Positions 1 through 12,000 of a DNA stretch of 64,000 nucleotides are shown one piece after another. The number at the start of each line of letters is the position of its first letter. Positions within the stretch are counted from its first letter, which is position 1. The notes beneath the pieces are model-generated. The model was not told where the DNA came from, searched no databases, and was given only the letters and a program-made list of their open reading frames with translations. The translations under genes were made by a program, and so were the position numbers. The DNA comes from Candidatus Omnitrophota bacterium (GTDB lineage Bacteria; Omnitrophota; Gorgyraeia; Zapsychrales; JANLHA01), in the NCBI GenBank assembly GCA_038222225.1, contig JBBRHV010000006.1:1626-65625 (forward strand). The letters are read 5' to 3'.

Positions 1-2
1 AG

Positions 3-3000
3 TCTGATCAAAGGCCCAATTCTTCAGAGCCACTAGAAAACAATAAAGCGGTTGTTTCCAAGCTTCTGGCCGGGGTTGTGGTTCTGGTGAGCTTGGTATG
101 GCCGCTTGTTTTGTCCAAGGCCTTTGTATCAAAATATCTGGCGTTCACGCTTTGGGGCACATTGGGAGAAGGATATGTTTGGCAGCTCCTCACGTACAGT
201 TTTCTCCATACGAATCCTTTGCATTTGACCTTCAATGTGATCGCGTTTGTTTTCTTCGCGAATTTCATAGAGAGGGCAGTGGGGGTCAAAAGATTTTTGA
301 CTCTCTTTATCGGAGCAAGTGTTGCCGGAGCAGTCTTCCAGGTGCTGGCAATGGCCGCAAACAGTTTCACCTCGCCGGAATTAGCGGAGGCACTGGATAT
401 CACTCCTCTCATCGGACTCTCAGCAGTAGTAGCCGGGCTGATCGGAGCCTTCGGCGTTGTGCTGCGTGATCAGAAAGTGACATTCTTACTGTTGTTCATT
501 ATTCCGTTCCGCATCAAGGCGCAGCGGTTGGCGCAGATGTTGGTCACCGTCAGCATTGCGGCGATCATTTTCAATATAGTTCGCGGGGCCCAGGGCGGGA
601 TCGCCCACGGGGCGCACCTCGGCGGGCTTATTTTTGGTTGGGTTTATACGGAATATTTGCGGCGTGCAGGAAAGATCGATACGTTCATTATTGAAGAGGA
701 GAAACCCAAGGATCCTTCCGGAACCAACGCGGCGGTATTATCCAACTCAGATCCGGAAGGGGGAGTTGTTTCTTATCCGGCCCGTTCCAGCATCAGCGCT
801 GAAGAAAGGGAAGCAGCAAAACAGGGTACGGGCCCGGAAAATCTCAAGGGCTATGTCGTCAATTCACGGAAGATTCTGGGCGTTCCGGTTGAAGGTCTTG
901 AGATCAGTTATTCGGACCGCAGCGGACAAACAGTTGCTGAATATAAGCCGGGCCGTGTTGCCATTGATCTTTTGGGCCTTGGAGCCCGGGCGCCGCCGAT
1001 CGATCTCGAGCATTCTGCAAAATCCCGTCGCTTCCAGAGCATTATTCATGATGTTGTACGACAAATTATATTAGCTTCTCATTATTATGCCCTTTCAGAG
1101 AAAGATGTCCGTCAGGTTTCAGCCCGGCACTTTATCGGCCGGCAGCAAAAAGTTCAGAATTTTCTGGATCAGGAATTTAATCTTCGCGAATTCGGTCTGG
1201 TGTTTGATCCTGCCTATCTTGAGCTTTTAAGAAATTACCAGAGAATTGATCCTCAAATCGAAAGAATTAAAGAGCAGCTTGATCTCTTCAAGGGCGGGGC
1301 TGTGTCGTTTGAAGAGCTGTGTGAAGCTCTGGATGCGCGCGTTATTCTGAATGTGGCATCGCGTGCCTTATTTGAAGTGGGGAACAGTCCGTACCTGGTT
1401 AAAATTTACCGCGGCGGAACGCTGACGGCGAAGGCGTATGCCGCCGAAAAACAATTTTATAGAGAATATAACCCAACGGTCCAGCCGGAGCTGGTTTATT
1501 GTGATGACAATCTGCAGGCCTTGGTTGTGACGGATTTGAACCAGCTGGGATTGGTGCGCATGTTTGATTTTATTCAAGGGCCGTTCATTACGGAAGAATT
1601 GTTGGGTTGTTCGATTTCTTCCATGGCCCATGCCTTGGCGCAGCTGCATAGCAGCGCTGACGTGGCCTCGCAAACCGGTGAGCGGAAATTTGCTGAACTC
1701 AGGCATGAAGTGGACCGGGCGGTGGAGGTCTTAAGAGCGGCCGGGTTCCAAGGCCTTCCCGATGGAAAGAGCCTGGAGGATTTTCTTGCGCGATTCCAAG
1801 ATTCAGTAGTCGGAGAAAATGAACGATTGGTTCACGGCGATTATCTGATGTGGAATATTTTTGTTGACCCGGCAAGCGGAGAGGTGCGGGCCCTCATTGA
1901 CGGTGAGATGAGCGGTCTTGATTCTGCCGCTAAAGAGATGGCGAACACGATCCTGGGATTGATCGATGCCCGCAAGAATCATCCGTTCTTAATCAGTCAA
2001 ACTGCGGAGATGTTACGGTCGTTTTGGAGAGAATATATCCGGGAGACGAAAGACATTACCGGGCAGGAGATTTCTCCGGCGTTTGAGACTCGGGTCCATT
2101 TTTATTGCGCGGTCCAGTTGCTGATTGGCGCCAGAGTTGCGCATGAGAAATGGGCTAAATGGGCCCATTTCAGAATTGAGATGGCCAGGTTTTTCCTTAA
2201 TCAGGAAGCATTTTCATTGGAAGCTTTCATTGAGTTTTTGAATCATAATATTGGCAAACAACCGATCGGTTGGGTCGGGAATTTTGATGTTGCGACTCAG
2301 CACGGGCAGAGGCCGGGCTCGGGCGTTGAGATAATGATTGATGAAACAGGTTGGGCTGATTTCTTTGCCGAGGTTTGGGTTCCAGGAAACATCGGGGATC
2401 CGATTTTTGCATTGGGTATCGGAGCGGAATTACGTGTGACAAACAGAGACACCGGCGTTGTTTCGATTTGGAGGCCAGTGGAATTTTGTCATTTTGCGGG
2501 GAATAATTATCAATTTAGAGGAAGCGTGTTTTATCTCCAGGCGGGATCGTATGATGTGGAACCATCCTTCTCAGCGGATATGGGAGAAACGTGGTTTATT
2601 CCGCAACTCCCTTATGGCCCGTGTCATCTGACAGTGACAAAAGCATTGTCTGGGGAAGCGCCTTCAGAAAAGATAGTGAGTGTGGTCTTTTCTGACCTTC
2701 ACGGTGAGTTGAATGGTTTCCGTTCAGCGCTTGTAAAGCTCGGTATGATTTTACCGCAAAATAACCCGATGGAAGATATTTGGATTTCTCAAGATGTGAC
2801 GGTGGTTGTGGATGGAGATATCATGGATCGTGGTTTGCGACAGAAAGAGTTATACCACTATATCTGCCATCTCATGTTGACCGCCGAAGAAAGCCGTAAT
2901 CGGGTCATCTTTATCTTAGGAAATCATGAGCTGCTTCATCTTCAGGGGACTCCGGATGATTGGACAGCTCATGCGCTTACAGAAGTGATTAGAGAAGGTA

Positions 3001-6000
3001 TTCTTCGAGGAGATATTGTGGCAGCCGCGTATCTAGGTGGGCGTCTGATAGTTCATGCGGGAATTTTACCTTTTATTACCATGGATTTGATAAAGACATT
3101 ACGCCCAGGATTTTTGACTGTCGTTGCCCATCGGTCAGGAAAGTTCGTAAAGGATCTTACCGCGGTTGAAGTTGCCATCGAATTGAATAAAACACATAGC
3201 GTTCTTTCTGCTGACTCTATCGTGAATGAATTCAATCGGAGATTGCGGTTGGCGGTTGAGAAAGGCGATTATTCTGACGTTATTTTCCAGAGAGGGAACG
3301 CTCATTTTGGCGAGAACAAAAGGCCTGGAGAGTCGGGATATATACCCGGAGGCATATTCTGGGCAGACTATGAAAACGAATTGCGGCTGGTTGACCCGCG
3401 TGCGCTTATAGCGCAGATCGGAGGACATAGGGAGGGGAATGCGCTCCGTTGGACAAAGGGAGCCAGGGCTGTGAACGTCAATCTTTGTTATAAAGAGGGA
3501 TTTGGACGCAGCTCCGGAGTCGCTGTGTTTGATGGACAAAACTGGAAAGCTGTTTATTTTGATGGCCGGCCCATGCAAATTATTCCTGCTGTTATGGAGC
3601 GTGCTGTAAAACGACAGACAACAAATTCGGCAGCAGGTCAAGGCGGAACCAACGCGGCTGTTCTTGAGGGTGCGCCTTTTGAAGAACCGGAAACGGGTCG
3701 GATGAGCAGGCGAAGCATGCTGAAAATGCTGGCGCTGGCAGGAGCAAGCTTGCCGTTCATGACAACGACTGCTTTTGCTGATGAACCGACGGTTGATGAA
3801 GTTTTGACGGAACTTTTGAGCACTCAAACAGCGCATGGCCTCATTAAGAGTTTCAAGGGCACAACCGATACCTTCATGCAGAATCAGGCCGTGACCTATG
3901 ATCAGGCAGCCGCCGGGATCGCAGCTCTTGCGGCCGGAAGGACGGCGGAAGCGGTCAGGATTTTTAATTTCTTTTATAACCAGCATAATGGAGGAGATCC
4001 TGTCTGGAACGGGTTTGTGAATATGTATGATGCGACCCGCGGGGTCAAGGGCAACGAGCGCACGATCCACACAGGCCCGAACATCTGGATGGCGATGTTC
4101 AGCCTTCATCTTTATATGGCAAGCAGCGGTCAACAGGCCACGAAGGCCTTGACCCTTGCCAAAGCGCTCATGCAGTGGGCCAGGGGTTTGAATCATCGCG
4201 ATGGAGCGGTTGCCCTTGGACCGGTCCCCAATAATAATATTTTCTCAACAGAACATAACCTTGATTATTTCGCCTTCCTTAAAGGAATACAGTCGTTTTT
4301 GTCCGCGGCAGAAGCGGCGATCGTTCAAGCAGAAATGGACGGGGTTGGAACATGGTTAAAGACACATGCTTATGACCCGGCCAGAAGATTGTTCAAACGC
4401 GGAGCATATGAAAACCCGGTTGTCTATGCTACAGATACGTCAAGCTTTGCATTTTTATTGGGATCGCAGGTTCTGGAAGATTGGGGCATTGTTCGCTCAA
4501 CATTCATCGGCCAGTCCGATGCTGCCTATCGTGTCGGGACACGCGGTTTTGATGTGGCGAGTGTCGAGAACGCCAATTGGACCCCGCGTTCACGTTATGT
4601 CTTCAGAGAGTTTACTCTTCAGATGGCGGTAGGATTTTTGGTGATGGCTGATGATGAACACGATCGAGGCAATTTCACGCTGGAAAAAACGTATCGTGAT
4701 AAGGCTCAGCTCTATGCTTCTCAATCTGGCATAGATGGTGATTATCAATATTGTGAACAGACCGGGGTTCAGCTCTTTTATGATATTCCGAGCTGGAAAA
4801 CAATTAATGGTCAGTCGGCTTCGGTCATGGCCTGGAAGATATTTGCACTTCTCGGTTTCAACCCGTTTGGATTTGTTACAAAGGTGCGGCTGTCCGTCAG
4901 GCGTCTGGCGGCAACTGGAAATATGGAGTTGACTTTGCGCAAGGAAAGTATGGCGTCGCTCACTGCCGAGATTCTTTATTCAGATGACCTGGGAGATCAG
5001 AAAGAATGGAAGAGCGCCGGTTCAGTGGATTTGAGCGGCCTAAGGGCGGTTTGGGTCGATAACGGTTCTCAGACCACAACACATCCGTCGCAAAGCTCAA
5101 GGAGATTCTACCGAGTCTCGGCTGTAAATTCGTCTGTCCAGGGATTGGGCGCAGTCCATCAGGAGTCTAACGGTTTAGTGCCAGAGACGGTATTAATTGG
5201 GTCAAGCGCAGAGTATGGTCAAGAGTTCAAAGATGCGAATGCAGCAGTTTTGCAGGGGAAATTTGTTCAGACAGTGAAGACCAAAGGATCTGGGCTTAAT
5301 CGCTTTGACCTCGGGCGTTGGGGACGCGGGGCACTGCATTCAGTTCTTGCGCTAACACTGCTCACATCCGGTTGTGAGAAAAAAGAGGATACCCAGGGAG
5401 ATGCGTTGTCGGGAGTCGCGGTTCAGCCTGTTGATAGGAGCGCATTGGAGAACAGGATCAAGGAAGAGGTCCGGAAACTAGAGTATTCTGACAAGAACGC
5501 GGAGGATTTTGTAACGATGCTACGTCAATGGAAGAATGCTCAAGGCCAACCGGTTCTTACTGCGTGGGAGCAGAGCATTCTTAATGCCCGGAAACAATAT
5601 GAGCAGGGAGCCATGACAGCCGATCAGTTGGCCGGGATCGAAGCCGGGGTTGTTGGAGAAGTTGCGATGAGGATCGCTGAAGAATTTTCCGCGAATAATA
5701 ATGCTTTTGAATTGACCGATCTGATTGAAAAGAAACAGTCACAGTGTGTCAGCAGGTCAATGGCGGTAGCTATCGTCGGGAATGTACTTGGATTTAAGGT
5801 TGACTTTCTTGATGTTGATGCCAAGGAGATCAGGGCGATTGACGTTCCATTGGCGGAAAGAACTGTGGCGCATGCGGCCACCCTTGTACATTTGACCGGC
5901 GGGACCGTGATCATCGCCGATTCAGCGCTACGGTTTGTAAGCCGGCCGTTTTTAATGGAAGAAACCTACGCCGCAGTCGGGAACTATTGGGAACTTAAGA

Positions 6001-9000
6001 ACAGGAACGAACCGTTGTTGCTGCATGGACGAATCAGGAAGGCGTCTCTTTTAGCAGAGATTTATAACAATCGAGGCAACGCCTATGGAAGAGCCGGTCG
6101 TTATGAGGAAGCCTTCGCGCTGATGGCGAAAGCGATGGAAATCGATCCGGCATTGGCTGCAGCTTATTACAATCGGGGAGTTCAATATCAGGATCTAGGC
6201 CGGGTAGCCGAGGCAGTGGCGGACTATACAAAAGCGATCGAGCTTGATCCAAGAGATGCTGCTCCATATTGCAATCGGGGGAATATTTACAATACCGCAG
6301 GACGGGATGCTGAGGCTGTTGCTGATTATACGAAGGCCATTGAGCTTGATCCGCAATTAGCAGTGGTGTATTTCAATCGGGGAAATATTTATGGCAGATC
6401 AGATCGGCCAGAGGAGGCGATTGCGGATTTGACGAAAGTGATCGGGCTGAATCCGGAAGATGCCCAGGCTTATTACAGGCGGGCAGTGATTTACGGAAGA
6501 GTCGGTCAGTTAGAGAGCGCCAAAGCAGATCTCTTAAAGGTGCTGAATTTAAGTTCGGATGAAAAGCAAAAAGAACAGATCAAAGCTGCTGTTCGCAAGA
6601 TTGATGACATGCTTAAAGAAATGCCTAAGAAGAGCGCATCATCCAGCCACTCTGTTAAAAACGCTGAAACCAACGCAGCGATCCTTTATCCGTCACGCTT
6701 GGTGCCTGGACAAACGCCGGACTGGGCAATAAAATTCAGAACGACGTTGCCTAGCGATTTTGTTGAGGCGGCCGAGTCAGAGGATGGAGAGCAGGGCGTT
6801 GACAAGGTCATGTCGCTGGGGATTTGCCAGGATTCGCCGGACGTCTCGGAGCTTTTATCAAGATTTTATCGAGGATTGATGGAGAATAGCAACCCATCCG
6901 AGGTCCGCAGTCATTTGATTTATGACACGTGGTTAAAACTTAAAGAGAAGAAGATGGATGAATGGAACGCGACATTGGCGGTGTGGTTTACGTATGTGGT
7001 CTTTCAAAAAGCTTTAAGCATAGAAGCAAAACGATTAGCACAAAAGAATGCTCCGGCGCCTTCTGTTGAGGCATCCACAGAAGTCGCTACAGAACCATCT
7101 TCAAAAGGGCAGGAAGAAGGGGCGTCTGCCCGGGAAGATGAGCGTTACTTGGGGATTGTGATCGAGGTGGAAGGGTTTGGCCAGGTCACACTGACCGAAC
7201 GCATCGCCCGAAACAGCCGGACGCTTCTTTTTAAGACGAATCACCCTGGGCTTTTGATCAAACTTTTTGATCTGAACCACACCAGCATCGCCGGAGCCTT
7301 TGATCCGGTGATCGTCCAGAATTTTGAATTGGAACGCAATAATTTTGTCGAGGTCGCGAAGATCGATGAGCTGAGGCCGTATATTCCGCATTATTATCAG
7401 AGCGGCATCATCAAAGAGAGCAAGTACGCTTTCATCGCCATGGAATACATTGAAGGCACGGACTTAAAGAGCTGGCGGGAACAGGTTATTAACGGACGCA
7501 GTGAAAAGACTTTGACCGCCATTGAGTTCTGGCAGATGATGTCCCAGGCGATGAGCATTTTAAGAATATTCCACAAGTATGACCTGATCTTTTCTGATTA
7601 TAAACTTGAGAATATTCTAAGGCTGGCAGACGGACGTCTGAGGTTCGTTGATCTGGGAAGTGTTTTCCTTATTCATGGCTCGATCAAACCGCAGGATTTT
7701 CCGTATTCAGCAACAATGGAGGATTCGGAAGTTTTTGAAAACGCTGTCACTTTGAAGAACGGAAAGCCGCTGGCGAAAATTTCCGATATCTTCTGTGTGG
7801 GTGTGAGCCTGTTTGAATTCGCCACAGGCCAGGACCGTTTGACGCTGAGTCGTGAATATGCGGATATGCTTTTGACTCATTTACGCGTTATCAACCCGCG
7901 GATGTCTGAAACCCGGCTGTATTTTAATTATTATCCTCATCTTAAGGGAAAATTACCGACGCTGGAAGATCAGCTGCGTGAAGGATACGTCTTTTTTGCT
8001 GATTTTTGGCATTTGCTGCACGAAGTTCTTAAATATACCCAAGACGGTTATGAAGACATGGGACAGGCTGAAAAGGATGTTGTCCTGTTGTCGGCGGGGA
8101 TCGATTTTATCCGTAAGCAGCTTGGGCCTCTGGGCTGGGTGGCAGAGCCTGTTGCCCGGGCGACAGTTCTTAGACGCGTCCGGGTTGACAGTATTCATGA
8201 TCTGCTTTTGACGTTCCACAGCCCCTTGGGAGCGGAGGTCGTTGATGACCTTCGCCGTCACAACTGTTTTGTTGGTTGTGCTGAATCACAGTTCGGACAG
8301 CAGGGTTTCGTGGAACAGATGAGCACTTGGGACGTGCGTCTGAATTCGCACACTCAGCATTGGGCGGTCCAGGCGCCGGTCGCATTCAGGCATGATACAC
8401 AAGAAGCCGGTGCGTTGTTCTTGCAGCAGACCTACACGGATGAGGATGGCCATCGGTATTATCACATCACAAGCATGGAGGAGGCGGATGAATTGCCGAA
8501 CGGGGAAAAATTGACCCTGGCGCATTTGGAGGATGATCCGTACGCTTGGCTGGGAGCTCCATCGCAGGAAGATAATCAGGGTGGAAACTCTAAGAAAAAG
8601 CCTGTTCCAGCTCCTGAGAAAGAAAAGATAGTCATTGCGGGTAACGAAAGTGAGAAGCAGAAGAAAAAAACCAAAAGAAAATCCAGGAGGCAAAAGCTTC
8701 CAAAACCGACGACACGAGAGGAGGCCATCGCGTTGCTGATCCAAGCGGCCGGACGTGTTCCTTCGAACATTGCAAAAACCCCGCATCTTGTGGCCGACTT
8801 TTCACGCGGAGAGTTGACCGCAGCCAAGATCAAGAGCATGGCAAGGCAATGGGGGATTACGGGATATGATGTGCCGATCTCGAATTTGCCTTTTAGAGCG
8901 TATTCACGGAATGCTTCTTCAGACGAGCAAACAAATTCCTCTGTTCTGAACGAAGATATTTCAAAAACCGGACCTCCGCAGGGCTTTATTCATGTGGATG

Positions 9001-12000
9001 TCCATCCGGAAATTTGTTCGTTTAACGCCCTTGCTGAAGTTCAGCATCAATTTGGGGAGCTCACCACCATTGTTGTTGTTTATAGACGAGCCGCCGCTCT
9101 TCTTCAAAGGAAGCCGGTTTATGCCTCGCGTGAAAATGATATCATCATTCATTCCGACGGGATTATTTCTCAGGATCAGCTTATTTCGAAAATAAAAGGC
9201 CCTATCGCGCGCCTGTTGGTAACCGGCAATGAATTTGAAAGCTGTGTTGCCCGGGCTGTTTTTTCCATCAGAGAATTTATGCGGGATCAATATTCTGCCG
9301 GGTTTGTCTTGGATGTTCATTTTCCGATGGATTTGATCGTTGCCAATCGTCATGACTATCGCGATGGGGGATATCAAAAGATGATCGCGAATATAAAAGG
9401 CGGGGACTTTTTCTACAGCTATAAATTTCAAGCCCGTCGGATTGCCTATGACATCTATGATGGAACCGAACTGATCTGCCCTTGTGGGGAGGGAAGCGAA
9501 AATATTTCCAATCTTTATGTATGGCCATCTTTACAGAGCATGAAAGATGAATTAAGCCGAGGAACCGGCGGGACCAACGGGGCTGTTCTTGAATCAGGAG
9601 AGGGCGGCGCCTACAAGGAATTGATTTGTCGGTTTGACATGAAAGAAGATTATGAGGCGGATGATTGGAAGGAATCACGGGTTCTTAAGCGCGTGGCACT
9701 TATGAAACAGATCAGGTTGGGTTGGAAATATCCTCAGATGGGAGAACCGTCGGAACAATGGCTCAATGAGCTGAGAGAACTCGTTCTTCATCGTCTTTGG
9801 ACAAAGCTTCAAAAAGCACATCGTGGAGACATGTTTTTCCCTCAAGACATGGTTTCTCTCAATCGGTCGCTGAATCAGCCGTTTGTTTTTATCGTCGATG
9901 AACTTTTAAAGAACGCCCTTGATGCCCAGGCCTTGGCAGGGCAAAGCGGAAATGTCCATCTTGCGAGATCGTTGCAAGGCGGAACATTCGTGATGGCGGT
10001 TTCTGATAACGGAATCGGCGTCCGTCGCCCATTCTTAGGCTCAGAGCAGCTGGCTTGTATTGAGTCTTTGGCAGATCAGCAGAAGAGACGTAATACTCGT
10101 TTGGAAGCAAGTGATGGGGCTGGATTGATCTGGGTTCAGTATCTGGTCGCCATGCGGGGAGGTAAGCTTGAAGTCGAATCTCCCGGTCGCAATGAAGCCA
10201 GGACTACGGTTGTTGTGTCCTTGCCGGCGGATGCGTTAACGGTCATTGACAAGACGGGCTTAGGTTCTCAGACAAATGCTGCAGTCCTTCAAAAGAGAGA
10301 AGATGTCGCTACGCGGTTTATTTTTAGGTTAGCTGATCATTATGGTCTTTCTTCCACTTGTGATCCGCAGGAGATCCTTCAGGTTCTTCGTGCCAGGGGA
10401 ATCTTGAGTTCAGGGGAAGAAAGGGCGTTTGTCAGATATAGAAAAATTTTAAAACAGATGTATCCGGAGCTGAGCCTTGGGCAGGCTGAAGCACGCTGGA
10501 CGGAGGGCTACACATTTTTCGGGAATAATTCTTCTGAGGATTGGGAGCTTTCCGGACTGACGGAAGATTTTACGGTCATGGTTAAGAAACACATCGAAGG
10601 GATCCGGGCCGTTGAACACACCGATCATCCTGCGGATCAGGGCTGGTGGAAGGAAGATGGGCTGAAAATAAGAGTGATCCGGATTACGGATAGTCTTGAT
10701 TTAAAGGCGGCGTTACCGAACGAAAAAACAGAAAACCTGCCGCTGTCATCTGATGATGAAAACGGTTCACTGCACCTCTTTGAGTTTTTGTTCAAGAAGA
10801 TCTTTATTGAGCCAAAATATTTTGGCCTGGTAGCTTTCAAAGAAGGAAGGCCTGTTGGTGTATATGGGGTTTTTGTTTTAAATGATTGGAGAACGATCTC
10901 TGGGCGCGGATTATATGTCGTTCCATGGGAAAGGTATAAGAAAACAAATATCGGGTGGATGCTGGTCTCAAGGATGGCGGAATTGTTCGCGCTCAATGGC
11001 TATAAGTATCTTTATATCCCTGTGGCCAACCGTCCGTCGGCGCAGAAATTTTTTGAGAACGTGTCGGACAATACTGGACGCTTCCAGTTTTTCACAGAAA
11101 CAAAACGGAACGATGACGGAAAAATTCAAAAGGTTGCTGTGAAGCTGCAGGAAAGGTTCACTCCGGTTCAATGGGACATTGATCTTAAGCGTCAGATCGG
11201 CCAAGTCAACAGCGCGGTATTAAATACGAGCCTGTTGCAGCAGGTCCAAAATATGGAGGCAATGTTTAAAGCCTATGAATCGATTCTTAGTGACCATGGC
11301 CGACAGATACACGAGAGAGTTCGAGTGGTTTTAAGAGCAGCTTCTCAAGGCGTGATGAATGCAGAGCAGCAAAAAGAAGTTCGGGCGCTCGTGGCGTTGA
11401 TGCCTGATCCGCAGCATATTGATATTGAATCCGGCGGAGAAAAGAATTGGATCCGTTGGTTTGATTTAAGCCCGGAAAGACTGGGCGCATCTTTAGATCA
11501 AAGCATTGCCGATGGATGTGCGTGGCCGTGCCTGCATTGTGCGGCGTACAATGGCCATGCCAAAACAGTGATGGAGCCGCTTCCTGTTGTGATCGCAAAA
11601 ATTTTAAGCAGAACACAAACGGATATTATTTATCCATTCCAGTTCGATCTGATTTCTTGGCGGGATCTTTTCTTTGGAGTCGGCATTTCGGGATTAGCAG
11701 AGTTTATATCACGGTATAACCCGCAATATCAATTACGGTCATTGCCGACACGAGGTTGGGATAGCGATGATGCCTTTGTTCAGAACGAAGCCCTGCATCT
11801 TGCGCAGCTTAAAATCGCTAGTGGTATGTTCATTCTTTCATTCCATCTGTGCCATCAGCGGTATGACATCTTGCCGGCTATTGCGCAGGCGGTCAGGAAC
11901 GGAGACCGTGCAGAACTCGATGCACTGATCGATGTTTATGCAGCACGTTATGCGAATGTGATCGCTACGTTAAGTCCTGCGCTTGATCGGGTCAGCGTAT

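Noticed and set aside
3135-4196. 353-aa ORF on the minus strand (and many other 60-230-aa minus-strand or off-frame ORFs, e.g. 28440-29078, 48030-48734, 45789-46241, 98-469)
   Set aside because: All lie entirely inside the giant + strand CDS. They have low-complexity, Arg/Cys/Pro-rich translations typical of antisense 'shadow' ORFs of a moderately GC-rich coding region. No recognisable motifs.
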